Shown: positions 28,725 through 37,536 of the stretch, one piece after another | How the letters are laid out: each line of letters starts with the position of its first letter | How positions within the stretch are numbered: position 1 is the first letter of the stretch | NCBI GenBank assembly: GCA_963829525.1 | Contig: CAWHIJ010000003.1 | Span: 526,632-590,631 of the forward strand | Reading direction: 5' to 3' | DNA length: 64,000 nt | Origin: an uncultured Actinomycetota bacterium | GTDB taxonomy: Bacteria; Actinomycetota; Actinomycetes; JAHEKZ01 | Made by a program: the position numbers and the translations under genes | Notes under the pieces: model-generated | The model's input: only the letters and a program-made list of their open reading frames with translations | What the model was told of the DNA's origin: nothing | The model's database searches: none

Positions 28725-29072
28725 TCAGTCGAAGATTTCTTCGAGGAAGCTCTTCTTCCTCTTGGGGGGCTTCCCGTACTGCTGCTGAGGCGGGTATCCC
28801 TGGGGCTGCTGGGGTGGGTATCCCTGGGGCTGCTGGGGTGGGTATGGCTGCTGGTAGCCCTGGGGAGCGGGCGCAGCAGGAACCGGGGTCGGCGCAGCTT
28901 GAACGGGGGCATTGGCCTGGGCGGCCCATCGCAGCTCGGCGTCGACGAGACCCTCGAGCTCGCCGCGGTCGAGGAAGACTCCGCGGCACTCGGTGCACTG
29001 GTCAACGTGGATGCCGCTGCGCTCGTACTGACGCATGTCACCGTGGCACTTGGGGCAGGTCAACGCTGTCAT
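28725..29072 (-). CDS. Zinc-ribbon (TFIIB-type zinc-finger) domain protein with a Pro/Gln/Tyr-rich C-terminal repeat
   Basis: The proposed start is MTALTCPKCHGDMRQYER…CTECRGVFLDRGELE (CxxC…CxxC). The tail carries PQGYPPQQ repeated three times. Confidence 0.6.
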   Translation of the reverse strand: MTALTCPKCHGDMRQYERSGIHVDQCTECRGVFLDRGELEGLVDAELRWAAQANAPVQAAPTPVPAAPAPQGYQQPYPPQQPQGYPPQQPQGYPPQQQYGKPPKRKKSFLEEIFD

Positions 29073-29169
29073 GGTCCGCGTCCTTCCGTCGGGGCCCCAG
29101 CCTGACATACGAAAGACTCTTCTGCAATCTGGATGTCGAGAGGTTGCCTCGGGGGCTGGGTGGAGTCGA

Positions 29170-29811
29170 TCAGTTTCCTGGCCGCGGACAGCGCCAGACG
29201 CCGAGGCGTTGCGCGGCAGCTGCGGCCTGGGCTCGGCGGAACTCCTGTTGCCACAGATAGGGGTCGTCGTACGTGTACTCCAGGGCGTACCCACGGCGGA
29301 CAGCATCTCGATTGAACTGCCGTGGTGCTCCGTCGGTCGTCCAGACGTACGCGAGCGTGCGGTCGTAGTAGTCGAGTCGCCCCTGCGAGCGGTCGAACTC
29401 CAAGGCTGCTGGTTCGCCGAGCAGACGCCGGGTAGCGAACTTTGTGGCTTCTGGCCCGTAGCATTCGATGGGCTCTGTCGGGTGCACGGTCTCGGGGGTG
29501 TCGATTCCGATCAAGCGCAGCGTGAGGGTGCGGCGTCCCTTGGTGACGTCAACGGTGTCACCATCGACGATGCGGGAGACTCGCCAACCCGAGCTGACTG
29601 GCCCCCTCGCAAGTCGACGTACGGCAACAACACCGGTTGGTCCGCTGCCTCCACCGTGCCCGACCCCCTCGTTTCCCGCGGCCTGGTCCTTGTGCGTAGC
29701 GCGCTCACTTGCAGAAGATTTGTCTCGCGTTCGAACTCGGCCCGGTTCGGATGGGGTGCAGGCTGAGAGTGCAAGGGACAGGCAGATGACCATCAATATC
29801 GCTCGGCGCAC
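29170..29811 (-). CDS. Thermonuclease (staphylococcal-nuclease-like) family lipoprotein
   Basis: A lipobox (LALSAC) is followed by the SNase core RIVDGDTVDV…LRLIGIDTPE. Confidence 0.8.
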   Translation of the reverse strand: MRRAILMVICLSLALSACTPSEPGRVRTRDKSSASERATHKDQAAGNEGVGHGGGSGPTGVVAVRRLARGPVSSGWRVSRIVDGDTVDVTKGRRTLTLRLIGIDTPETVHPTEPIECYGPEATKFATRRLLGEPAALEFDRSQGRLDYYDRTLAYVWTTDGAPRQFNRDAVRRGYALEYTYDDPYLWQQEFRRAQAAAAAQRLGVWRCPRPGN

Positions 29812-29837
29812 GCGTACCTCCCGTTGTCAGGAGGGTC

Positions 29838-31019
29838 TCATGCGACAGATGAGTCGGACTCTCTGACGTCGATGGTCTGGGCGAGCGACAGTGTCCGTTG
29901 CACGAGGTCGGCCACGGCATCGACCTCGAGCAGGAACCCATCGTGCCCATACGGCGATGTGATGACGTGCAGCTGGTCTGCTGTCGGGATCAGGTCTGCG
30001 AGCTCTTGCTGGAGCCGCAGTGGGTAGAGCCGATCACTGTCAACGCCACCTACTACGACGGGCACCGTGATGGTGGAGAGCGCGGCCGAGGTACCACCGC
30101 GTCCGCGTCCGACGTCATGCGTCGTCATGGCGTCGGTGAGGGCCACGTAGGTTCCCGCGTCGAAGCGACGGGCCAACTTGTCAGCGTGGTGGTCCAGGTA
30201 GCTCTGCACCGCGTACCTGCCGTAACGAAGTGGCTCTTCGCCTGACTGCGCCTCGCGGCCGAAGCGCACGTCGAGCTCGACCTCGGTGCGGTAGGTGAGG
30301 TGCGCGACGCGTCGGGCTACGCCCATGCCCAGGTGTGGACCGTCGCCGGGTGCGGCGTCGTGGTAGTCGCCGCCGCACCACTTGGGGTCAGCGGTGATTG
30401 CGTGAATCTGAGCGGTCTGAGTGCCGATCTGGTCGGCAGTGGCCGCAGCACCGACGGCAACGACGAGTGCTGAGCGCAGGGCTCCGGGGTACGTGATGGC
30501 CCACTCCAGAGAGCGCATGCCGCCCATCGAGCCACCGATGACCGATGCCCATGCATCAATGCCAAGGTGGTCGGTGAGCAGCCGCTCGACTGCTATCTGG
30601 TCGCGGACTGTAATGCGGGGGAAACGCGAGCCCCAAGGGCGTGCGTCAGGTGCCAGCGAGGCGGGTCCGGTCGTCCCTTGGCAGCCGCCCAGGACGTTCG
30701 GCGCCACGACGAACCAGTCGGCAGGGTCGAGAGGCGCACCCGGTGCGAGAAGTGGCTCCCACCACCCGGCGGTCGGGTGCTCAGGCCCCGCCGGCCCGGC
30801 GAGGTGCGAGTCGCCGGTGAGTGCGTGCAGCACGAGGACCGCATTCGAAGCGTCGGCGTTGAGGGTGCCGTAGGTCTCGTAGGCAACGCGAATGCTCGGC
30901 AGCTCGCCTCCGAGCTCGAGCTCAACGCGTCCGAGATCGACGAAGCGACGTTGACCGGGAGGATCCCCCTCCCGCCAGGCACCGCTGGCAGGAGGGGGTG
31001 TCCGTTGATCGATCGTCAC
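29838..31019 (-). CDS. metX: Homoserine O-acetyltransferase
   Basis: It shows alpha/beta-hydrolase MetX motifs (LHALTGDSHLAGP, GGSMGGMRSLEWA). The proposed start is GTG 31019, which lies 7 bp after the metY stop. Confidence 0.85.
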   Translation of the reverse strand: MTIDQRTPPPASGAWREGDPPGQRRFVDLGRVELELGGELPSIRVAYETYGTLNADASNAVLVLHALTGDSHLAGPAGPEHPTAGWWEPLLAPGAPLDPADWFVVAPNVLGGCQGTTGPASLAPDARPWGSRFPRITVRDQIAVERLLTDHLGIDAWASVIGGSMGGMRSLEWAITYPGALRSALVVAVGAAATADQIGTQTAQIHAITADPKWCGGDYHDAAPGDGPHLGMGVARRVAHLTYRTEVELDVRFGREAQSGEEPLRYGRYAVQSYLDHHADKLARRFDAGTYVALTDAMTTHDVGRGRGGTSAALSTITVPVVVGGVDSDRLYPLRLQQELADLIPTADQLHVITSPYGHDGFLLEVDAVADLVQRTLSLAQTIDVRESDSSVA

Positions 31020-31026
31020 TGACGCC

Positions 31027-32331
31027 TCAGGCGCCCTTGACGGCGCGGAATCCGGCCTCGAGGTCGGCAATGAGGTCGGGTAGTCCCTCGAGACCAACCG
31101 CGAGGCGAACCAGGCCGGGTGTGACGCCGGACGCCGCCTGCTCCTCTGGGGTCAGCTGTGAGTGCGTCGTCGACGCCGGCGCGATCACCAAGGAGCGAAC
31201 GTCGCCGATGTTGGCGACATGGCTGAAGAGCTCGAGCGAGTCGACGAACTGCTTCGCGGCTTCTCGGCCGCCCACGACCTCGAACGACAGGACGGCACCA
31301 GGGCCCTTGGGGGCATACTTCTGGCCGCGCTCGTACCAAGGAGAGCTCGGCAACCCGGAGTAGTTCACCGACTCGACCTGCGGGTGTTGCTCGAGCCACT
31401 CCGCGATCGCCTTCGCATTCTGCACGTGGCGCTCGATGCGCAGGCTCAGGGTCTCCAGGCCCTGAGCAATGAGGAACGCGTTGAAAGGAGCAACCGCTGA
31501 CCCGAGGTCGCGAAGCAGCTGGATGCGAGCCTTGATGATGTAGGCGATGTCGCCCAGCGCCTCGGTGTAAACCAGACCGTGGTAGCTGGGATCGGGCTCG
31601 CTGAACTCAGGGAACTTCTCAGCGTTGGCCGCCCAGTCGAAGCTGCCACCGTCGACGATCACGCCCGCGACCGCGGTGCCGTGGCCTCCCAGGTACTTGG
31701 TCGCAGAGTGCACGACGATGTCGGCGCCGTGCTTGAGCGGCTGGATGAGGTACGGCGTCGCGACGGTGTTGTCAACGATCAGTGGCACGCCGGCGTCATG
31801 TGCAACGCCAGCTACGCCCTCGATGTCAAGAATGTCGGTGCGTGGGTTGGCGATCGTCTCACCGAAGAACGCTTTGGTGTTTGGACGAACCGCCGCTCGC
31901 CATGCGTCCAGGTCGTCAGGGTTGTCGACCAGCGTGACTTCGATGCCGAGCTTGGGCAGCGTGTAGTGGAAGAGGTTGTACGTGCCGCCATAGAGCGATG
32001 CCGACGAAACGATGTGGTCCCCGGCGCGTGCGATGTTGAGAATGGCGAAGGTCTCTGCCGCCTGTCCGCTGGCGACCAGCAGGGCGCCCACGCCTCCTTC
32101 GAGAGCAGCAATGCGTTGCTCAACGGCGTCCTGCGTGGGGTTCATGATGCGTGTGTAGATGTTGCCCGGCTCGGCCAAACCGAAGAGCGCAGCTGCGTGG
32201 TCGGTGTCGCGGAAGACGTACGAGGTGGTCTGGTAGATCGGTAGCGCGCGGGCGCCTGTGGCGGTGTCGGCGCTCTGGCCAGCGTGAATCTGCTTGGTCT
32301 CGAAGGACCAGGCACTGGGGTCGGTCGTCAT
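31027..32331 (-). CDS. metY: O-acetylhomoserine aminocarboxypropyltransferase (O-acetylhomoserine sulfhydrylase), PLP-dependent
   Basis: It is a Cys/Met-metabolism PLP enzyme (…IYTRIMNPT…, …VVHSATKYLGGHG…, lysine in SATKY). Confidence 0.88.
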   Translation of the reverse strand: MTTDPSAWSFETKQIHAGQSADTATGARALPIYQTTSYVFRDTDHAAALFGLAEPGNIYTRIMNPTQDAVEQRIAALEGGVGALLVASGQAAETFAILNIARAGDHIVSSASLYGGTYNLFHYTLPKLGIEVTLVDNPDDLDAWRAAVRPNTKAFFGETIANPRTDILDIEGVAGVAHDAGVPLIVDNTVATPYLIQPLKHGADIVVHSATKYLGGHGTAVAGVIVDGGSFDWAANAEKFPEFSEPDPSYHGLVYTEALGDIAYIIKARIQLLRDLGSAVAPFNAFLIAQGLETLSLRIERHVQNAKAIAEWLEQHPQVESVNYSGLPSSPWYERGQKYAPKGPGAVLSFEVVGGREAAKQFVDSLELFSHVANIGDVRSLVIAPASTTHSQLTPEEQAASGVTPGLVRLAVGLEGLPDLIADLEAGFRAVKGA

Positions 32332-32439
32332 GAGGTACTCCTGATATCGGTAGGCGGGGGCAGCGGATCAAAGCGGAAGCGCGTCGTGCTGGGCACGAAC
32401 CCGGGATGGCCGGCGAGCAGTGCTCGCAGCGCAGGTGAC

Positions 32440-32560
32440 GGCGAAGGATGGAGCCCGGGTCCGTCAGACCATGCAGGGGCACATACAGCGACAACACATT
32501 CGTGCGCAGCTGGGCGTCACGAGGGTTGCGGCAGAAGTCATGCGGAGAAGGTTAAGCGCG
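32440..32560 (-). promoter_or_regulatory. Candidate SAM-responsive riboswitch (SAM-IV/SAM-I-like core) in the metY-metX leader
   Basis: The 257-nt 5' leader upstream of metY contains, on the coding strand, CCGCAACCCUC and GUGCCCCUGCAUGGUC. From memory these resemble the SAM-IV hallmarks GGCAACCCUCC and GGUGCCCCGGGUGAUGACC. A GC hairpin (GCGAGCAGUGCUCGC, 32411-32432) lies between it and the ribosome-binding site. Actinobacterial metY/metX are typically SAM-IV controlled. No covariance model was run. Confidence 0.35.
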
Positions 32561-32679
32561 ATCGAGGAAAGTGTCCATTTGTTGAGCAGTGATCTCAAAT
32601 GGTGAGATCGACCGACCAACGGTTGCCCGATCTCCCTTCTCTGCACCCTGCCTACACAATGGGGACGTGAAGATCACCA

Positions 32680-33062
32680 TGCTGCTCGCCGACGCCGCCC
32701 AGCAGGTCGGCGGGAAGCTCTACATCCTCGGGGGCGGATGGTCGACGACAGGTGCGCCTACGGCGCCCATGGCTGTCGCTATCAAGATCGAGGTCCCCTG
32801 GGATCGCACCAACGTCGGCCATGACTGGCGACTGGCGCTGATAGACGCTGACGGCCGCCCCGTCCAAACGTCGGATGACCGCCCCGTTGAGGTCACCGGT
32901 CAGCTTGAAGTAGGTCGACCGGCTGGGTTGCCGGAAGGCACGCCGCTCGATGCGCCCCTGGTCGTGAGCTTCGGTTCGATGCCTTTGCAGCCGGGTCGCT
33001 ACGAATGGCGGCTCGAGATTGAGGAGTTCGTCGAGTCGTGCGCTTTCCTGGTGCGCAGCTGA
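32680..33062 (+). CDS. Hypothetical protein (127 aa; KLYILGGGW motif, no recognised family)
   Basis: The ORF is divergent from the metY leader. ATG 32680 (or GTG 32668) is preferred over the track start at 32589. Confidence 0.4.
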
Positions 33063-33112
33063 CGGTGTCGCCTATGTTGAGGTGACTGAGCCGCCTCATC
33101 CGGGAGAACCGC

Positions 33113-34477
33113 ATGCGACGAAGCACCAAACTTCAGACCGTTGCCCTGGTCGCCACACTCGCCGCCGGAGTTGCCCTGGTGGCGCCCGCAACGGCGTCAG
33201 CCGAACCTTCGCCAAGTGAGCAGCTGGCGGAGAGCTTGCAGCGCGCCATGCAGAACGCTGCTTTCGACGAGGTGGTCGACTTCGAGTACGACACCGCTGA
33301 CGGTCCGGCACCGCAGGTGGCGAACATGCCCAATGTTGACGTGGCAGTGATCGAGCTCGACCAGATGGGGCGTCCCATTGCTGCGGCCAACGTGCTTCAG
33401 TCGAGGGACTTCCCCGAGGGACACGTCGTCGAGCTCGATGATGATCTGGCGGCGACCGGAGTGGATTGGCGGGCCTGGGACATCGATCGGTGGGACGGAG
33501 ATTGGAACGCACCGTTTGCCGCCGGTTCGCAGATCGTCCCTGGGTCGGAAGGCGAGACGTTCATGTCCCCCTACCCGGCGTCGACATTCAAACTGCTCGT
33601 TGCAGTGCACACCCTGCAGCTGGTCGACGCGGGCGTCATTGATCTGGATGCTGAGTTCGTGTACAAGCGCCAGAGGGGCGATACCTGCCTAGGTGAGAGG
33701 GCGAAGTTCCGGTCAACGACGGCAGCCGAGCTCGAGAAGATGATCACCTACTCGAGCAACCTTTCAACGTGTGCACTCCTCAAGCAACTTCACAACCTGC
33801 ACGAGATCGGTGCCATGAATCAGGGCTACGTCGACCTTGGGCTGCCGACCCTCCAGGTGACCGGCACCGACGCCGGTGCGGGTGGTACGTGGAACCCCGG
33901 TTCGATCCACATGACGGCAATGGACACCGCGCGCCTCCTGCTCATCGTCAATGGCTCACCGGGAGTTCTGTGGAGGGCCCCCGACGGCAACCCTGTCGTC
34001 GCTGACCGGGTGCTCAGCGAGGAGTCTCAGGCACTGCTGATGAAGCATCTCGGCAACCAAGGATTCAATGAAGTGCTCTCAACGCCCAACTGGTGCGGCC
34101 TCGACTATCCCGCGCAAGGCATTCCGGCCACCGTTCCCGAGCGATGGGTCGATCCCGTCGACGGAACCGTCACCGTCGACGGCATCCCTTACTTCCAGGA
34201 CGTGCGGCCGTGCAACGAGGCAGCAGAGGTGACATTCGCGCACAAGACAGGGCTGACCTACAACTACGGGTCTGACGCCGGCATCGTCAAGGCCGTTGCC
34301 GGTCAAGATGGACGGCACTACATCGTGGCGGCCTTTGCCAATCTCGGGTACCGGTACAGCGATGCCAGCCAGGCAGATTCACCTGATCTCCCTTGCTTTG
34401 TTTCCGGCGTCTGCTACACCGAGAAGTTCGCGATCTTGGGCAAGTCGATCGACGACCTCATGCGCAGGGTTTCGTAA
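33113..34477 (+). CDS. Secreted class-A beta-lactamase-related serine hydrolase (PenP-like fold) with an N-terminal extension
   Basis: There is a signal peptide (…APATASAEPS). An S-x-x-K motif (SPYPASTFKLLVAVHTLQLVDAG) closely resembles the TEM STFK region. An SDN-like loop (YSSN) and a KTG box (AHKTGLT) are also present. Confidence 0.65.
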   Translation: MRRSTKLQTVALVATLAAGVALVAPATASAEPSPSEQLAESLQRAMQNAAFDEVVDFEYDTADGPAPQVANMPNVDVAVIELDQMGRPIAAANVLQSRDFPEGHVVELDDDLAATGVDWRAWDIDRWDGDWNAPFAAGSQIVPGSEGETFMSPYPASTFKLLVAVHTLQLVDAGVIDLDAEFVYKRQRGDTCLGERAKFRSTTAAELEKMITYSSNLSTCALLKQLHNLHEIGAMNQGYVDLGLPTLQVTGTDAGAGGTWNPGSIHMTAMDTARLLLIVNGSPGVLWRAPDGNPVVADRVLSEESQALLMKHLGNQGFNEVLSTPNWCGLDYPAQGIPATVPERWVDPVDGTVTVDGIPYFQDVRPCNEAAEVTFAHKTGLTYNYGSDAGIVKAVAGQDGRHYIVAAFANLGYRYSDASQADSPDLPCFVSGVCYTEKFAILGKSIDDLMRRVS

Positions 34478-34514
34478 GACCGCGCCGTTCTGCCGCGTGC
34501 TGTACGAAGGCGTC

Positions 34515-34580
34515 TGTACGAGAGTTGGCCTCGGATTCTGGCCCAGATTCACCGTGATCTCGGGGCTAACTCTCGTAGCG
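34515..34580. repeat. Copy A of a roughly 66-nt structured repeat with terminal inverted arms TACGAGAGTT … AACTCTCGTA
   Basis: Seen in the sequence: 34517-34526 TACGAGAGTT pairs with 34568-34577 AACTCTCGTA, and the interior contains ATTCTGGC. Confidence 0.6.
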
Positions 34581-34911
34581 GGGCTGCGCCACCGTCGTCG
34601 GCGCGTCATTCTCCCCAACCGGTGAGGGGACGTACCGTCCACAGTGGACGTCAGATGTGCCGCCACACCTGAGGAGACACTTCATGGTGTCGGCATGTCA
34701 GCACACCTACCTCCTGCTATCGGCTCTCGTGTCTTCCGCGGGGTCCCCCGGCCGGAGTGCAACCCGACGTTCTGCTTCCAGGGGGAGCAGTTCCGTGCGC
34801 CACTCTCCAGACGCGGCAACGGCGCGATGGCAGCGGCTCGCTGCGCGACCAGAGGTGCGGCTGTGGGTTCCGCCGACTGGCCTCGAGATCGTTCGAAGGC
34901 CGCTCGTACGC

Positions 34912-34978
34912 CGCTACGAGAGACAGCCCCGAAATCTGGCTGACGTCGGACCCACCTACGGAGCTAACTCTCGTAGCG
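34912..34978. repeat. Copy B of the same repeat (CTACGAGAGA … AACTCTCGTAGCG), 397 bp downstream of copy A
   Basis: The 16-mer GCTAACTCTCGTAGCG is identical in both copies. The opposing arm CTACGAGAGA and an interior ATCTGGC are conserved. Both copies are preceded by a GTACG element 10-12 nt upstream. Confidence 0.6.
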
Positions 34979-35106
34979 ACCCGCGCGTGGCGGTGACCCG
35001 CTTGACGGTCTGTGCGGGCCGACGCTTGAGATTCGTCGTTGCAACGCATTCGTGTCGTTGCCGGGGATCGTCAGCGGCATCACGCAGACTGGAACCAGAC
35101 GCAGAA

Positions 35107-35137
35107 AGGCCCCTCCAACTAGGCATTGGAGGGGCCT
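35107..35137 (-). terminator. Perfect 12-bp stem-loop (AGGCCCCTCCAA-ctaggca-TTGGAGGGGCCT), followed on the minus strand by TTTCT and flanked by a second 8-bp hairpin (35143-35165, GGTTCACC-cggag-GTGAACC)
   Basis: Seen in the sequence. It lies about 420 nt downstream of the ppa stop, so its assignment as the ppa terminator or as the end of an unannotated minus-strand RNA is uncertain. Confidence 0.3.
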
Positions 35138-35560
35138 TCTGTGGTTCACCCGGAGGTGAACCGTGGACCGGCCCGAGGGCTGGCCCTGTCGACCCGAGGG
35201 TCGACGACCCGGCCGGAGCCGGGCCAGACATCGCTGCGCTTCCCCGCCAGTTGATCCGTCTGGGTCGCCCCTGCGGTCCAACTGCTCCAGCGGTTACCCG
35301 CTGGCCTGATCCGGTGAGTTGCCTCTCCGGATCGATCCTCTGGTTGCCCTTCGGATCGGGTGCGCCTCACGGCGTCGTGAGAGAGTTCTACGCCCGATCC
35401 GCGAGACCGCGCAAGGGTTTCGAGAAGGATTCTCAAGAACTTTCTTCACCCACAGATTCGTCCACAGAACGCCACGCTTGTGTCCCCAACGCATCCCCAG
35501 GGTCGTCCACAGCGCCTGTGAACAAGTCCCCGCCGTGCGCTGGCCCGTTGCGGTTCGGGC

Positions 35561-36040
35561 TTACGGCGTGTAGCGCTTGAAGGAGGCTTCGATCTCTTTC
35601 TCAGTCTCCGAGCGGCCTTCCCAGCTGGCGCCTTCGACCGACTTGCCGGGCTCGAGGTCTTTGTAGACCTCGAAGAAGTGCTGGATCTCGAGCTTGTCGA
35701 ACTCCGGCATGTGGTGAATGTCGCGTAGGTGTTCCTTGCGAGGGTCACGGGCGGGGACACAGATGATCTTGTCGTCGCCACCGGCCTCGTCGGTCATTCG
35801 GAACATCCCGATGGCCCGGCACATGATCACGCAGCCGGGGAACGTTGGCTCGTCAAGCAGGACCAGGGCGTCCAGGGGGTCGCCGTCGAGGCCGAGGGTG
35901 TTCTCGATGAAGCCGTAGTCGGCTGGGTACCGCGTCGAGGTGAAGAGCATCCGGTCGAGGCGGATGCGGCCGGTCTTCTTGTCGAGCTCGTACTTGTTGC
36001 GATTGCCCTGTGGGATCTCGATGAAGACGTCGAACTCCAC
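35561..36040 (-). CDS. ppa: Inorganic pyrophosphatase (soluble, family I)
   Basis: The 159-aa protein carries signature [10 protein letters not shown] and the core residues [13 protein letters not shown]…YPADYGFI. Confidence 0.93.
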   Translation of the reverse strand: MEFDVFIEIPQGNRNKYELDKKTGRIRLDRMLFTSTRYPADYGFIENTLGLDGDPLDALVLLDEPTFPGCVIMCRAIGMFRMTDEAGGDDKIICVPARDPRKEHLRDIHHMPEFDKLEIQHFFEVYKDLEPGKSVEGASWEGRSETEKEIEASFKRYTP

Positions 36041-36140
36041 GACGGTCCCTTCTGGATGGTTCGTTGCGGTGGCTTAGGGTCGCTTTTGCGCGACGCTTCA
36101 GTGTCCCGCACGACTACATAACCGCCACGAGGGGGTCCGG

Positions 36141-37514
36141 ATGCCGCGAGCCCGCTGGTGGGCGATCGGCGCCCTGTCCGTGGTCACCCTTCTGGTCGTG
36201 CTGCTCGATGTCACAGGGGTCATTTTCACCGAGGAGGCGCCGCCGCTCCCGCCTCCTGCAGTCGTCGTCCCCACGCTGGCGGACGCCGCCGATGCGGTAC
36301 CCGCCGCGGTGGAGCCGGGACCTGTCGCTGCCGACCCTCGGGTGGTGCGCGCCGTCGAGCGAGCGTTGGAGTCTGATGCGCTGGGTACCTCGGTCCATGG
36401 CTCGGTGGCCCCGCTGGCTGGGCCGGCTGCTGCTTGGATCGACGTGGACGGTTCCGGGCAGGCCACACCCGCGTCCACACTCAAGCTTTGGACCGCTACG
36501 GCGGTGCTCGACGCCTACGAGCCGCACAGTCGGTTGGAGACGTCAGTTCTGTGGGACCCCGTTGACGAGCGTCTTGTGCTGGTCGGTGGGGGAGATGCCA
36601 CTCTCACGACTGGTCCCGACCGTGCTGCAGACACCGCATCGCTGGCTGAGCTCGCCAAAGCCACGGTTCGAGTCCTGCGTCGCGAAGGTGTCACGTCCGT
36701 GCGGCTGGGATATGACGACGGGCTCTTCTCCGGCCCCGCGGTTTCGCCGGCGTGGGAGCCCACTTACGTCACCTCGGGTGTGATCGCGCCTGTCACTTCG
36801 TTGATGGCCGATCAGGGCAGAGTCACCCCCGATGGTGTCGCCCGGCTGCCCGACCCGGCGTCGGGCGCTGCTGAGAGCTTTGGGGCGTTGCTCGAAAGGG
36901 GTGGTGTCGCCATTCGGGGTGCGGTCAATCAGGTGGCATCCTCGAGCAGCGAACCGATCGCATCGGTGGTCTCGCCCCCCATGAACGACCTGGTCGAACG
37001 CATGCTGCGAGACAGTGACAACCAGCTCGCCGAGTCACTGGGTCGGATGGCGGCACTGGCGCAGGGCGAGCCGGGAAGCTTCGCCGGAGCGGTACGGGCA
37101 CTTGAGCAGGCGGCTGCAGATCAGGGAGTCGATCTCGGCGCCTCCGACCTCTTTGACGCCAGCGGGCTCTCCCGCGAGGACACCTTGCCGCCCGAGTCGC
37201 TGGTCGAGGCCCTTCAATCAGCCAGTGCGGAGCCACAGCTGGCATCGATCCTCTCGGGCCTGGCCGTTGCCGGCTTTGACGGAACGCTGGCCGACCGATT
37301 CGTGCTGGGAGAGGCCGCCCAAGGAGCCGGCGTCGTACGCGCCAAGACCGGCACTCTCACCGGAATCTCAGCCGAAGCCGGTCTCGTGACCACGTGTGAC
37401 GGCGGCCTTGTGGCGTACGCATTCATCGCTGACGAGGTCGTCGACACCGAGGCGGCCCGGGCTGCACTTGATGACGCTGCGGCGATCTTGGCCTCGTGCC
37501 GTGGGCAGCGCTGA
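36141..37514 (+). CDS. dacB: D-alanyl-D-alanine carboxypeptidase/endopeptidase, PBP4 (peptidase S13) family
   Basis: There is an N-terminal membrane anchor. The SxxK motif (ASTLKLWTA) is present, and the size and position next to ppa match the mycobacterial dacB-like gene. Confidence 0.75.
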   Translation: MPRARWWAIGALSVVTLLVVLLDVTGVIFTEEAPPLPPPAVVVPTLADAADAVPAAVEPGPVAADPRVVRAVERALESDALGTSVHGSVAPLAGPAAAWIDVDGSGQATPASTLKLWTATAVLDAYEPHSRLETSVLWDPVDERLVLVGGGDATLTTGPDRAADTASLAELAKATVRVLRREGVTSVRLGYDDGLFSGPAVSPAWEPTYVTSGVIAPVTSLMADQGRVTPDGVARLPDPASGAAESFGALLERGGVAIRGAVNQVASSSSEPIASVVSPPMNDLVERMLRDSDNQLAESLGRMAALAQGEPGSFAGAVRALEQAAADQGVDLGASDLFDASGLSREDTLPPESLVEALQSASAEPQLASILSGLAVAGFDGTLADRFVLGEAAQGAGVVRAKTGTLTGISAEAGLVTTCDGGLVAYAFIADEVVDTEAARAALDDAAAILASCRGQR

Positions 37515-37536
37515 TGGCGCCCCGTACGGTAGAGCG

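Noticed and set aside
35107-35165. Assignment of the tandem perfect hairpins as the intrinsic terminator of ppa
   Set aside because: They lie about 420 nt beyond the ppa stop and lack a clear U-tract. They were kept as a low-confidence stem-loop feature rather than assigned to ppa.
34657-35580. A 307-codon open frame spanning the ppa-proximal gap
   Set aside because: It has an Arg/Ser/Pro/Cys-rich composition, mixed third-position bases with no GC3 bias, no ribosome-binding site or family motifs, and it is full of hairpins and repeats. It was treated as non-coding.
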